Assembly (NCBI GenBank): GCA_963786935.1
Contig: CAWBAN010000002.1
Location: forward strand, 320,001-384,000
Direction of reading: 5' to 3'
Origin: an uncultured bacterium
GTDB taxonomy: Bacteria > Krumholzibacteriota > Krumholzibacteriia > Krumholzibacteriales > Krumholzibacteriaceae
DNA length: 64,000 bases
In this document: positions 49,296 through 59,419 of the stretch, piece after piece
How positions within the stretch are numbered: position 1 is the stretch's first letter
How the letters are laid out: the number at the start of each line of letters is the position of its first letter
Made by a program: the position numbers and the translations under genes
Notes under the pieces: generated by a model
Database searches by the model: none
What the model saw: the letters and a program-made list of their open reading frames with translations, nothing else
What the model was told of the DNA's origin: nothing

Positions 49296-50087
49296 ATGAC
49301 GCCGCTCCACATTCTGGGCAGGTTTTTCCTCGGGTTCTTCGAGGAGATCGGGGGGGTGTTCCTCCTCATCTGCCGCGTGTTCCAGACGCTCCCCCGCACC
49401 TTCGCGAACGCGAAAGGCATCCTGCAGCAGATGGACCGGATCGGGATCGGCTCGATCCCGCTCGTCCTCGTGACTTCGCTCTTCGTCGGCGCGGTGACCT
49501 CCGTGCAGGCGGCGTACCAGTTCCACGGATACGTGCCGCTCAAGTTCATCGGCACGGTCGTCGGCAAATCGGTCATCCTCGAGCTCGGCCCCGTGCTCAC
49601 CGCGCTCGTCGTCGGGGGGCGGGTGAGCGCGTCCATCGCCGCCGAGCTCGGCACGATGAAGGTCACCGAGCAGATCGACGCGATGGAGATGATCGCGATC
49701 GATCCGGTCGAGAACCTCGTCCTGCCGCGGGCGATCGGCGCGACCTTCATGCTCCCCGTGCTCACCGTGTTCTCCGATTTCCTCGCGATCCTCGGCGCCA
49801 TGATCGTCGCGAACGTTTCGCTCCACGTCGGCTTCAACACGTTCGGAACGGGCCTGAAGCTCCTCTTCAGGACGCAGGACATCGCCGGCGGGCTCATGAA
49901 GACCTTCATCTTCGGCTTCATCATCGCGATCATGGGGTGCTACCACGGCTTCCAGACGAGGGGGGGCGCCGAGGGCGTGGGGCTCGCCACGATGCGGGCG
50001 GTCGTGTCCTCCTGCCTCCTCATCCTCGTGTGGAATTACCTGCTGGCGTCCGTCATCTTCCGGTTCCTGTTCGCGCCCGCTTCGTAG
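49296..50087 (+). CDS. mlaE: MlaE-family ABC permease
   Basis: ELGPVLTAL, AELGTMKVTEQIDA, GGAEGVG. Confidence 0.92.
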   Translation: MTPLHILGRFFLGFFEEIGGVFLLICRVFQTLPRTFANAKGILQQMDRIGIGSIPLVLVTSLFVGAVTSVQAAYQFHGYVPLKFIGTVVGKSVILELGPVLTALVVGGRVSASIAAELGTMKVTEQIDAMEMIAIDPVENLVLPRAIGATFMLPVLTVFSDFLAILGAMIVANVSLHVGFNTFGTGLKLLFRTQDIAGGLMKTFIFGFIIAIMGCYHGFQTRGGAEGVGLATMRAVVSSCLLILVWNYLLASVIFRFLFAPAS

Positions 50088-50100
50088 GAGGCCCGGTGTC

Positions 50101-50865
50101 ATGCAACGCGGCGATGCCATCATCGGAATCCGGGGACTCAGAAAATCGTTCGGCAGCCATCGCGTGCTCGATGCGCTCGATCTCGACATCGAGCGGGGCG
50201 AGACGCTCGTCGTCATCGGGCGGAGCGGGTGCGGGAAGAGCGTCCTCCTCAAGCACATCACGGGGCTCGTGAGGCCCGACGCGGGGGAAATCCTTTTCGA
50301 GGGCGAGGATATGACGCGTTTCGACCGGAAAAAGCTGTTCCAAATGCGCATGCACTTTGGTATGCTTTTTCAGAGTTCCGCGCTTTTCGACTCGATGACG
50401 GTCGGTGAAAACGTTGCGCTTCCGCTCCGGAAGCACTCGAACATGAGCGAGGAGGAGATCGCGCGGACCGTGACCGAAAAGCTCGAGCTCGTCGGGCTGA
50501 CCGGCGTGCAGGGACAGTATCCGGCGGAGATGAGCGGGGGGATGAAGAAGCGGATCGGCCTCGCGCGCGCCGTCGCCATGAACCCCCAGGTGGTGCTCTA
50601 CGACGAGCCGACGACGGGGCTCGATCCCATCATGGCGGACGTCATCAACGAGCTCATCAGGACTCTCCAGCGGGAGCTGAAGGTCACGTCGGTCGTGGTC
50701 ACCCACGATATCAAGAGCGCGTATCATGTCGGCGATCGCATCGCGATGCTGCATGAGGGCAGGATCATATTCTCGGGATCGCCGGACGAGGTTCGGCGGA
50801 CCGATGATCCGGTGATCCGGCAGTTCGTGGAAGGAAGGGCCGAGGGGCCCATCAAGCCGATCTAG
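50101..50865 (+). CDS. mlaF: MlaF-family ABC ATPase
   Basis: GRSGCGKS, MSGGMKKR, YDEPTTGLDP. Confidence 0.92.
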   Translation: MQRGDAIIGIRGLRKSFGSHRVLDALDLDIERGETLVVIGRSGCGKSVLLKHITGLVRPDAGEILFEGEDMTRFDRKKLFQMRMHFGMLFQSSALFDSMTVGENVALPLRKHSNMSEEEIARTVTEKLELVGLTGVQGQYPAEMSGGMKKRIGLARAVAMNPQVVLYDEPTTGLDPIMADVINELIRTLQRELKVTSVVVTHDIKSAYHVGDRIAMLHEGRIIFSGSPDEVRRTDDPVIRQFVEGRAEGPIKPI

Positions 50866-50938
50866 CGCGGCCGCCCGGCACGGGCCGGGGCGCCGCGGCG
50901 GCGGGAGTCGCGTAACCGGAACGGCGGGAAACAAACCG

Positions 50939-51835
50939 ATGGAATACAAATCGCTCGAGATCAGGGTCGGATTCACGGTCTTCGTCGCCTCGCTCATCCT
51001 CATCGTCGGGCTCATGTGGTTCCAGGGCTTCAAGGTGGGGCGCGGCACGTACCAGATCCACGCCGCGTTCCCGATGGTGGGCGGCATCGGGCCGGGGGAC
51101 AAGGTCAACCTCAACGGCGTCGAGATGGGGAGCGTGAAGCGCGTGCAGCTGCGCGAACGCGACGTGCTCCTCACGATGGATATCAGCAGGCGGGCGCGGA
51201 TCCCCGACGATTCGCGCATCGTCCTCCAGACCGTCGGCATCATGGGGGAGCGCATCATCACGGTGCTCCTCGGGACGTCGGAAAAATTCCTCGAGCCCGG
51301 CGCGACGATGCAGGGGGTGTACGAGCCCGGCATCACCGAGGCGCTCGCCTTCCTCGGCAACATCATGGACGATCTCACGGAGCTCACCAAGGACATGCAG
51401 AAGATCGCCGGCACGCTCACCCAGGGCAACAAGCTCAAGGGGATCGTCGACAACCTCGCCGAGATCAGCGGGCGGCTCCGCGCCCTCATCGAGCGCGACG
51501 CCCCCGGCTTCGAGTCGGGCGTGCAGTCGTTCCGGCGTTCGGCGGAAACGATGGACAAGCTCCTCGCCCGGAACGAGGGGAACATCGACACGCTGATGAC
51601 CTCCTTCGCCGAGGCGAGCAAGGACTTTCCCGAGCTCGTGAAACGGATGCGCGCCGTCACCGACGAGCTCGCCGAGATCACGAACAGCCTCCAGAAGAAC
51701 GACAACACGCTCGGCGCGCTCATGAGCGACCGCGCCCTCATGGACAAGCTCGAGAAGGCGGTGAAGGACCTCGACGACCTCGTCACCGACGTGAAAGCGA
51801 ATCCGAAGAAATATCTGAAGGTCGAGATATTCTGA
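50939..51835 (+). CDS. mlaD: MCE/MlaD family protein
   Basis: N-terminal TM, V.LNGVEMG.V MCE domain, helical C-terminus. Confidence 0.88.
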   Translation: MEYKSLEIRVGFTVFVASLILIVGLMWFQGFKVGRGTYQIHAAFPMVGGIGPGDKVNLNGVEMGSVKRVQLRERDVLLTMDISRRARIPDDSRIVLQTVGIMGERIITVLLGTSEKFLEPGATMQGVYEPGITEALAFLGNIMDDLTELTKDMQKIAGTLTQGNKLKGIVDNLAEISGRLRALIERDAPGFESGVQSFRRSAETMDKLLARNEGNIDTLMTSFAEASKDFPELVKRMRAVTDELAEITNSLQKNDNTLGALMSDRALMDKLEKAVKDLDDLVTDVKANPKKYLKVEIF

Positions 51836-51875
51836 GAAGACCGAAGCTTCCGAGGCCGAAAGGGAAGATGTTCTT

Positions 51876-52592
51876 ATGAACGAACGAATCGTCTGCCTCG
51901 TCGCCGCGGCGGGGAGAGGGGTGCGCTTCGGGCGCGAGATGCCGAAGAGCTTCTATCCCGTCGAGGGGCGGCCGCTCCTGGCGTGGTCGCTCCGCGCGCT
52001 GCACGCATGGGGCGGGATCACGAGCTACGCCGTCATGGTTCCGGCGGGATGGGAAGCGGAGGCGGAGAAGGAGCTCGCGGCCGAGGTGCCCGGCGTTCCG
52101 CACGCCGTGCTCGTCGGCGGCGAGACGAGGCAGGAATCGGTCGCCCTCGGGCTCGCCTCGATCGGCGGCGCCGATCTCGTGATCGTGCACGACGCGTGCC
52201 GGCCGATCGTCTCCGTGGATCTCATCGGCCGCGTCGTCGACGCGGCGCGCGCGCACGGCGCGGCGGTCCCCGTGCTCGGCGTGACCGACACGCTCGGACG
52301 GCTCCGGGACGACGCCCTCGAGGGGATCGTTCCCCGGGAACGGGTCGTCGGGATCCAGACGCCGCAGGTCTTCACGTTCGACGTGCTCTCGAAGGCGTTC
52401 GCGAACGCGGGAGAGGCCGTCCGCACGGCCACCGACGAAAGCTCCCTCGTCCTCAACGCCGGATTTCCCGTGAAGGCCGTCGAGGGCGAAGGGTGGAACA
52501 TCAAGGTCACCGTGAAGGAAGATCTCGAGATCATGGGGAGCTTCCTCTCGGGACGAAAGCTCGTTCTTCCCCCGTGCGCGGGGGAATCGTGA
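51876..52592 (+). CDS. ispD: 2-C-methyl-D-erythritol 4-phosphate cytidylyltransferase
   Basis: AAGRGVRFG..PK, GGETRQESV, VHDACRP, QTPQ, NIKVT. Confidence 0.93.
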   Translation: MNERIVCLVAAAGRGVRFGREMPKSFYPVEGRPLLAWSLRALHAWGGITSYAVMVPAGWEAEAEKELAAEVPGVPHAVLVGGETRQESVALGLASIGGADLVIVHDACRPIVSVDLIGRVVDAARAHGAAVPVLGVTDTLGRLRDDALEGIVPRERVVGIQTPQVFTFDVLSKAFANAGEAVRTATDESSLVLNAGFPVKAVEGEGWNIKVTVKEDLEIMGSFLSGRKLVLPPCAGES

Positions 52593-52614
52593 CGGCGGCT
52601 CCAGCGAGGCTCCA

Positions 52615-53109
52615 TTGAACAAAACGCGCGGATCGTTCAGGGTAGGAATCGGCTACGACATCCACCCGCTCGCCGGGGGGAGGCCCCTCGTCCTCGGCGG
52701 CGTGCGGATCGAGCACGGCGCGGGGCTCGCGGGGCATTCGGACGCCGACGCGCTCATCCACGCCCTGTGCGACGCGCTCCTCGGCGCGCTCAACCTCGGC
52801 GATCTCGGCGAGCATTTCCCCGAGACGGCCGAATGGAAGGACGCGGCGAGCACGCGGATCCTCGTCGCGGTCGCGGCGATGGTGGCGCGCGAGGGCTACG
52901 CCCTCGTGAACGCCGACTGCGTCGTGCACGCCGAGGAGCCGAGGCTGGCGCCGCACCGCGCGGCGATGGCGCGGACGATCGCCGCCGCGCTCGGCGTGGA
53001 GGCCGCTCGTATCTCGATCAAGGCGACGCGCGGCGAGGGGCTCGGCCCCGTGGGAGAGAAGCGCGCTATCGCGGCCGAAGCGGTCGTCCTGCTCGAAAAG
53101 GCCGAATGA
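52615..53109 (+). CDS. ispF: 2-C-methyl-D-erythritol 2,4-cyclodiphosphate synthase
   Basis: GIGYDIH, GHSDAD, DLGEHFP. Confidence 0.95.
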   Translation: MNKTRGSFRVGIGYDIHPLAGGRPLVLGGVRIEHGAGLAGHSDADALIHALCDALLGALNLGDLGEHFPETAEWKDAASTRILVAVAAMVAREGYALVNADCVVHAEEPRLAPHRAAMARTIAAALGVEAARISIKATRGEGLGPVGEKRAIAAEAVVLLEKAE

Positions 53110-53167
53110 CCGGTTCGCGGAACCGGGCAGGGGCGCCGCGGGGGCAGGAGGGGGAAAGGGTTCTCCG

Positions 53168-54610
53168 GTGAAAGAGGTTCGCGTACGGTTCGCGCCGAGC
53201 CCGACGGGGCATCTCCACGTCGGCGGCGCGCGGACCGCGCTCTTCAACTGGCTCTTCGCGCGCCACGAGGGCGGGCGGTTCATCCTGCGCGTCGAGGACA
53301 CGGACGTCGAACGTTCGAGCGCGGATCTCGAAACCGGCATCCTCGAGGATCTTCGCTGGCTCGGGCTCGCGTGGGACGAGGGGCCGGACCGCGGCGGCGC
53401 GTTCGGGCCGTACCGGCAGTCCGAGCGGGTCGCGGCCTACCGCGACGGCGCCCGGCGGCTCGTCGAGGCGGGGAAGGCGTACCCGTGCTTCTGCACGGAC
53501 GAGGAGCTCGAGCGGAAAAAGGAGCAGCGCCGCGCGGCGAGCCTCCCGCCGCAGTACGACGGCGCGTGCCGCCTGCTGAGCGAGGCGGAGCGCGCGCGGA
53601 AGCGGGCCGGGGGACTGCCGGAGAGCGTGCGCTTCATCGTCCCCGCGGATGCGGGGAGGCGGCTCGTCGACCTGATCCGCGGCGAGGTCGATTTCCCCGG
53701 CGGGATGGTCGGCGATTTCGTCGTCATGCGCTCGAACGGGCTCCCCACGTACAATTTCGCCGCGGCCATGGACGACGCGGCCATGGCGATCACGCACGTG
53801 ATCCGCGGGGAGGAGCATCTCTCGAACACGCTCCGGCAGATCATGATCTACGAGGCGTTCGATATCGCGCCTCCGGCGTTCGCCCATATCCCGCTCATCC
53901 TCGGCCCCGACCGTTCGAAGCTGAGCAAGCGGCACGGCGCGCCGAACGTCGACGATTTCCGCGGACGGGGATACCCCGCCGAGGCGATCGTCAACTACCT
54001 CGCGTTTCTCGGGTGGTCCCCCCCGGGCGAGGGGGAGATCCTCGCGGTCGACGATCTCGTGCGCGCGTTCACGCTCGCGCGCGTGTCGCCGTCGCCGAGC
54101 ATATTCGACGAGGCGAAGCTGAGCTGGGTCTCGTCGCAGTACGTGAAGCGGGGAGGCTCGGGGCGCTGGCTCGACGACGCGCTCCCCTTTTTCCCCGCCG
54201 ACGTGCGGGAGTTCTACCCGCGCGAGCGGCTCGCGGAGATCTTCGATATTCTCGCCGAGAATCTCCCGAGCTTCTCGAAGATCGAGGCGGAGGCGGCCCC
54301 CTTCAGGCCCGGGATCCCCGCCCTCGCCGGGGAGGCGCGCGAAACGGCCGCCGGCGCGCGGGAGCTGCTGGCGGCGAGCGCCGCGTCGTTCGAGGCCTGC
54401 GGGGAATGGCGCGCGGCGGCGATCGGCGCGTGCATCAAGGAGCTTGGTTCACGGATCGGCGTCAAGGGCAAGGCGCTCTACATGCCGATCCGCGCGGCGG
54501 TGACGGGGTCGCTCCACGGCCCCGATCTGACGCGCGTCATGGAGATACGGGGGAGGGAGAGCGTGGTCCGGGCCGTCCGGGGCGCGCTCGCCGGAACGGA
54601 GACGCCGTGA
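53168..54610 (+). CDS. gltX: Glutamate--tRNA ligase
   Basis: RFAPSPTGHLHVGG, KLSKR. Confidence 0.96.
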   Translation: MKEVRVRFAPSPTGHLHVGGARTALFNWLFARHEGGRFILRVEDTDVERSSADLETGILEDLRWLGLAWDEGPDRGGAFGPYRQSERVAAYRDGARRLVEAGKAYPCFCTDEELERKKEQRRAASLPPQYDGACRLLSEAERARKRAGGLPESVRFIVPADAGRRLVDLIRGEVDFPGGMVGDFVVMRSNGLPTYNFAAAMDDAAMAITHVIRGEEHLSNTLRQIMIYEAFDIAPPAFAHIPLILGPDRSKLSKRHGAPNVDDFRGRGYPAEAIVNYLAFLGWSPPGEGEILAVDDLVRAFTLARVSPSPSIFDEAKLSWVSSQYVKRGGSGRWLDDALPFFPADVREFYPRERLAEIFDILAENLPSFSKIEAEAAPFRPGIPALAGEARETAAGARELLAASAASFEACGEWRAAAIGACIKELGSRIGVKGKALYMPIRAAVTGSLHGPDLTRVMEIRGRESVVRAVRGALAGTETP

Positions 54611-54638
54611 ACGGCGCAGGAGAGGCGGAGGTGCGGCA

Positions 54639-55652
54639 ATGAAGGTGACGGTGCTCCTCGGCGGGGATTCGCCGGAGCGTGACGTCTCGCTCGCAAGCGG
54701 CGCCGCGATACTGAAAGCGCTGCGCGCGGGAGGGCACGAGGCCCGCGCGGTCGACCCGGCGCTGAGCCCGGGTGCGGACGCGGAGCCGCTCGCGGCGAAG
54801 ATCGGCGCGGAGCCGCCGTCCGCCCCGCCGCCGCTCGCGGCGGGGGAGAAGTTCTCGTGGCTGAGCGCCGAGCCGGTCCGCTCCGCGGACGTCGTCTTCA
54901 TCGCGCTCCACGGGGGCTCGGGGGAAGACGGCACGGTCCAGGCGCTCCTCGAGACCGCCGGCGCCGTCTACACCGGCTCCGGCATTCTCGCGAGCGCGCT
55001 TGCGATGAACAAGGACCGTTCGAAGGCGCTCTTCCGCGAGGCGGGTGTGCGGACCGCGCCGCACCTGCTCGTCGACGCGTCGTCGGAGCGGGAGCGCGCG
55101 GCGGCGCGCGACGCGGTTTCGCGGTCGGTCGGCTACCCGGCCGTCGTGAAGCCGAACTGCCAGGGATCGAGCGTCGGGTTCTCGTTCGTTCCTCGCGCGG
55201 AGGATCTCGACGAAGCGCTGCGGCTCGCCGCGTGCTTCGGCGGCGAATGCGTCGTCGAGCGATACGTCCCGGGGCGCGAGCTCACCGCGGCGATTCTCGA
55301 GGGGGGGGCGCTCCCCCTCGTCGAGATCGTCCCCGAGGGGGGCTTCTACGACTACAAGCGGAAGTACACGAAGGGGACGAGCCGCTACGTCGCGCCGGCC
55401 GAGGTCGACGCGAAGACGGCGGAGCGCATCAAGCGCGAGGCGGCGCTCGCGTACCGCGCGCTCGCCTGCAGGGATTACGCGAGGATCGATTTCAGGCTGT
55501 CCGGGGACGGCGAGGCGTTCTGCCTCGAGGCCAACACGCTCCCCGGCATGACGGAGCTCAGTCTCGTGCCCATGGCGGCGAAGGCCGCCGGCATCGGGTT
55601 CGGGGATCTCGTCGAGCGGATCGCCCGCGCGGCGGCGGCGAGAGGGAAATAG
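54639..55652 (+). CDS. ddl: D-alanine--D-alanine ligase
   Basis: GGDSPERDVSL, LHGGSGEDG, GSSVG, FYDYKRKY, EANTLPGMT. Confidence 0.95.
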   Translation: MKVTVLLGGDSPERDVSLASGAAILKALRAGGHEARAVDPALSPGADAEPLAAKIGAEPPSAPPPLAAGEKFSWLSAEPVRSADVVFIALHGGSGEDGTVQALLETAGAVYTGSGILASALAMNKDRSKALFREAGVRTAPHLLVDASSERERAAARDAVSRSVGYPAVVKPNCQGSSVGFSFVPRAEDLDEALRLAACFGGECVVERYVPGRELTAAILEGGALPLVEIVPEGGFYDYKRKYTKGTSRYVAPAEVDAKTAERIKREAALAYRALACRDYARIDFRLSGDGEAFCLEANTLPGMTELSLVPMAAKAAGIGFGDLVERIARAAAARGK

Positions 55653-55667
55653 AACAAGGAGTCGTCG

Positions 55668-56729
55668 ATGGATCGCGTTGAAACGTTGATGAAGGAGTTC
55701 ACCGAGGCGACCGGCGTCCCCGGTTACGAGGGAGAGATCGCGGCGCTCATGGAGCGGCATCTCGCCCCGGTCGCCGTCATCGAAAAGGACCGTCTCGGCT
55801 CGTGCATCGCGCGGCTCAAGGGGCGCGCCGAGCGCCCGCGGATCATGCTCGCCGCGCACATGGACGAGGTCGGATTCATGGTGTCCCATTTCTCGGGATC
55901 GTTCGTGCGGTTCAATCCGCTCGGCGGATGGTGGTACCCGCGCATGATCGGGCTCCCGGTGTCGATCCGCACGGCGAAGGGCGAGGTGAGCGGCGTCATC
56001 GCGACGAAGAATCCGTACGAAATGGAAGACGAGGAGCGCAAGGGGCCCTTCAAGGCGAAGGACCTCTACATCGACGTCGGCCTTTTCGGGAAGAAGAGCC
56101 CCGAGACGCTCGGCATCCGCCCCGGCGATCCCGTCGCGCCCCGGCTCCCCTTCACGGTCCTCGACGGGGGGCGCTCCTACATGGCGAAGGCGTGGGACGA
56201 CCGGGCCGGCTGCGTCATGCTGATCGAGGTGCTCCGGGCGCTCGCGCGCGTGAAGCTTCCGAACGCCGTCTACGGCGTCGGCACCGTGCAGGAGGAGGTC
56301 GGGATCCGCGGCGCGATGACGAGCGGATTCCGCACGAATCCCGACGTCTGTCTCGTTCTCGAGGTGGACATCGCGCAGGATACTCCCGGCTCCGCCGACG
56401 GGGTTCCGGGAAAGCTCGGCGGCGGCGTCTCGATCTGCGTCTACGACGCCACGCTCATTCCGAACACGAGGCTCCGCGACCACGTCGTCGCCGTCGCGAA
56501 GCGCAGGAAGATCCCGTTCCAGTACAGCGCCGTCGCCTTCGGCGGCACGGACGGGGGGCGGGTGCACACGACCGCGGCGGGCGTGCCGACGCTCGTGATC
56601 AGCGTGGCGACGCGCCACATCCACAGCGCCGCGGGGATCCTGTGCCGGAAGGACTTCGACAACGCGGTGAAGCTCGTCACCGAGGTCGTGAAGACGCTGG
56701 ACGAGAAGACCGTCGCGGATCTCGCCTGA
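55668..56729 (+). CDS. M42 family aminopeptidase
   Basis: AHMDEVG, KAWDDRAG, VQEEVG, GGTDGG, RHIHS. Confidence 0.92.
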   Translation: MDRVETLMKEFTEATGVPGYEGEIAALMERHLAPVAVIEKDRLGSCIARLKGRAERPRIMLAAHMDEVGFMVSHFSGSFVRFNPLGGWWYPRMIGLPVSIRTAKGEVSGVIATKNPYEMEDEERKGPFKAKDLYIDVGLFGKKSPETLGIRPGDPVAPRLPFTVLDGGRSYMAKAWDDRAGCVMLIEVLRALARVKLPNAVYGVGTVQEEVGIRGAMTSGFRTNPDVCLVLEVDIAQDTPGSADGVPGKLGGGVSICVYDATLIPNTRLRDHVVAVAKRRKIPFQYSAVAFGGTDGGRVHTTAAGVPTLVISVATRHIHSAAGILCRKDFDNAVKLVTEVVKTLDEKTVADLA

Positions 56730-56757
56730 CGGATCGACGGGGAGAAAGGACTCACGG

Positions 56758-58197
56758 ATGGCTCTCAAGGTCTACGATACGCTCCGCGCGCGGAAGGAAG
56801 AGTTCACGCCGGTGAGCCCCGGCAAGGTCGGGATCTATTTCTGCGGCATGACGGTGCAGGACCGGCCGCACATCGGGCATATGCTCGCCTTCGTCGCCGG
56901 CGACATGATACGGCGGCACCTCGCGTTCAAGGGCTACGAGGTGACGTACATCCAGAATTTCACCGATATCGACGACAAGATCATCGCCAAGGCGAACGAG
57001 GAGGGGGTCGACTACCGCGTCATCGCCGAGCGGAACATGAAGGAATACTTCCGATACGCCGACGAGCTCAACATCATCAAGGCGGACCGCTATCCCCTCG
57101 CCACGCAGCACATTCCGGACATCGTCGCGCTCATCCAGTCGCTCGTGGACAAGGGATTCGCCTACGACGCCGGCGGGGACGTGTACTTCCGCGTCCGCGC
57201 GTTCCCGCAGTACGGGAGGCTCTCGAAGCGCAACGTCGACGAGCTCGTCAGCGGCGCGCGCATCGAGGTCGGCGAGCGGAAGGAGGATCCGCTCGACTTC
57301 ACCCTCTGGAAGGGGGCCAAGGAGGGGGAGCCCGCGTGGGAGAGCCCCTGGGGGCCCGGCCGCCCCGGCTGGCACATCGAATGCTCGGCGATGTCGATGA
57401 AGTATCTCGGGACGACGATCGACATGCACGGCGGCGGGCAGGACCTCATCTTCCCCCATCACGAGAACGAGATCGCCCAGAGCGAGGCGTCGACGGGGAA
57501 GACGTTCATCCACTACTGGATGCACAACGGCCTCCTGAACCTTCGCGGCGAAAAGATGTCGAAATCGACGGGGCATTTCTTCGCGATCGAGGACATCAAC
57601 CGCGAGTTCAGCGGCGAGGTGATCAGGTTCTACCTCCTGTCGACCCATTTCCGGAGCGGCACCGAGTTCAGCCGCGAGCGTCTCAAGGAGGCCGAAGCGG
57701 GCCTCGAGCGCATCCGGAACGCGTGCGTCTACGTCGACGAGCGGCTCACGGCGCTTCGCGCCGCGCCCCCGCGCCCGGCCTCGCCCGCGGCCGGGAGCCT
57801 CGCCGCGCTCGTCGAGGACGTGAAACGGGATTTCGTCGAGGCGATGGACGACGACTTCAACAGCGCCGAGGCGATCGGGCACGTCTTCCGGCTCGTCCGC
57901 GAGATCAACCGGGTCCGCGCCGAGGGGGACGAGGGCGCCGCCCAGCGCGCCGAAGCGTTCGAAAAGCTCCGCGAGGCGCTCGGAATATTCGATTCCGTTC
58001 TCGGCCTCTTCAGGGGAGGGCTCCCGAAAGCAGGGCTCGAGATCCCGCGCGAGGTCGCCGGTCTCGTCGCCGAGCGGGAGCGCGCCCGCGCGGAGAAGAG
58101 GTGGGCCGATGCGGATACCCTCCGCAAGAAGATCGCGGAGCTCGGCTTCGTCGTCGAGGACCGGCCCGGCGGCTCGTTCGTCAAGCCGGCGAAATAG
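56758..58197 (+). CDS. cysS: Cysteine--tRNA ligase
   Basis: CGMTV..PHIGH, GRPGWHIECS, FPHHENE, KMSKS. Confidence 0.97.
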   Translation: MALKVYDTLRARKEEFTPVSPGKVGIYFCGMTVQDRPHIGHMLAFVAGDMIRRHLAFKGYEVTYIQNFTDIDDKIIAKANEEGVDYRVIAERNMKEYFRYADELNIIKADRYPLATQHIPDIVALIQSLVDKGFAYDAGGDVYFRVRAFPQYGRLSKRNVDELVSGARIEVGERKEDPLDFTLWKGAKEGEPAWESPWGPGRPGWHIECSAMSMKYLGTTIDMHGGGQDLIFPHHENEIAQSEASTGKTFIHYWMHNGLLNLRGEKMSKSTGHFFAIEDINREFSGEVIRFYLLSTHFRSGTEFSRERLKEAEAGLERIRNACVYVDERLTALRAAPPRPASPAAGSLAALVEDVKRDFVEAMDDDFNSAEAIGHVFRLVREINRVRAEGDEGAAQRAEAFEKLREALGIFDSVLGLFRGGLPKAGLEIPREVAGLVAERERARAEKRWADADTLRKKIAELGFVVEDRPGGSFVKPAK

Positions 58198-58292
58198 CCG
58201 GGCCTTTGCCGCGAAATCCGGAAAAACCGCGAAACCGGGCCCGGGCGCCGCGGGCTTCGTCGACGTCGCGCGGCGGAGCGCCACGCGGCCCC

Positions 58293-58808
58293 TCATGCGC
58301 TTTTATCTCTGAAAAACGGAAACGCCGACCGGATCGGCAGGAGCGCGAGCCAGAGCAGGATCGGCAGGAAGAAGTTATTGGAGAGACTGAGGATTTCGGT
58401 TCCCGTCCACCACGCCTCGCTCTCGCGGTACGCGCTCACGAACGCGAGCGTGACGGTGAGCGCGTTCGCGACGGCGAGGATGGCGATTCCGATCGCCGCG
58501 CCCCGGAGCTTGGCCCTCCACGAGATGTGCCCCACGGCGACGACGAGCGAGAGAAAGACGAAGGGATTGAGGGCGATATCCTCGGTGATCCTGACGGCGT
58601 TTTCCATCACGAACTCGTAGCCGAAGATGGCGAGCGCGGGCTTCGCCATGAGCGCGATGCCCCGCACCCAGTATTTTCCGATGACGAAGTAGTAGAGCAG
58701 GTAGAGCGCCACCGACACGGCGAGGAACCGGAGGAAGAAGAGGAGGATCTCCCGCGCGGCGCCGCGCAGGGAGGCGTCGTTCGCGTTTATATCGTCTTTT
58801 GCGCTCAT
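58293..58808 (-). CDS. Exosortase-associated membrane protein (non-catalytic, exosortase-like)
   Basis: 171 aa, about 5 hydrophobic segments, ATGA overlap with the exosortase; no Cys. Confidence 0.7.
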   Translation of the reverse strand: MSAKDDINANDASLRGAAREILLFFLRFLAVSVALYLLYYFVIGKYWVRGIALMAKPALAIFGYEFVMENAVRITEDIALNPFVFLSLVVAVGHISWRAKLRGAAIGIAILAVANALTVTLAFVSAYRESEAWWTGTEILSLSNNFFLPILLWLALLPIRSAFPFFRDKSA

Positions 58809-59371
58809 GGTGTCCGCCCGGCGGCGCGCGGCTTCACGATCTTCCACATCCACCAGATGACGAGCAGCAGCATGAAGATAACGAAGCCGACCTGCCACAG
58901 ATACGCGTGAAAGAAGTTGAAGAGATCCGGCCGATGGTACATCACGAGGGAGATGAACACCATCCGCGCGAGATTGAGGATGTGGATCCCGGGGATGCCG
59001 GCGAGGAGTCCGATGAGCTTCTCGCCGATCCGCGCCGGATACGCCCCGATGATGGAGAAATAGATGATCGTCGTGTACAGCCCCGTGCATTCGGGAATCA
59101 CGACGAGGCTATCGCCGCCGTGCGCGGTGTAGAAGAGGAGCGTCGAGCCCTTGAGCTGGTGGGAATAGCCGAGACGTTCGAGGCAAAACGCGACTTCCCG
59201 GGCGACGGCCACGTTCAGCCGATCGACGACCCCGGGAAGCATCCTGGTCAAAAAATAGGAAAGAAGCCAGATGATGAAGAAGAGAATCAGGAAGAGCAGG
59301 AACTCCGTCCGGAAGGTCGAGCCTCCCGGCTTCTTCTTTTCTCCGCCTTCTGGCTTCTTTCCGTGGCCCAA
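58805..59371 (-). CDS. Exosortase/archaeosortase family protein (XrtH-like)
   Basis: VIPECTG (Cys), AYPA...KLIG, LNLAR (Arg), FHAYLWQ (His). Confidence 0.88.
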   Translation of the reverse strand: MGHGKKPEGGEKKKPGGSTFRTEFLLFLILFFIIWLLSYFLTRMLPGVVDRLNVAVAREVAFCLERLGYSHQLKGSTLLFYTAHGGDSLVVIPECTGLYTTIIYFSIIGAYPARIGEKLIGLLAGIPGIHILNLARMVFISLVMYHRPDLFNFFHAYLWQVGFVIFMLLLVIWWMWKIVKPRAAGRTP

Positions 59372-59419
59372 TGAGTCACTCTCTACGAGTTACCCGCAAA
59401 CAAAGTACATTCTGGCGCT

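Noticed and set aside
54639..55652. Van-type D-Ala-D-Lac ligase; also checked murA for a fosfomycin-resistant variant
   Set aside because: The omega loop has Tyr (FYDYKRKY), and MurA keeps the active-site Cys (PGGCAWG)
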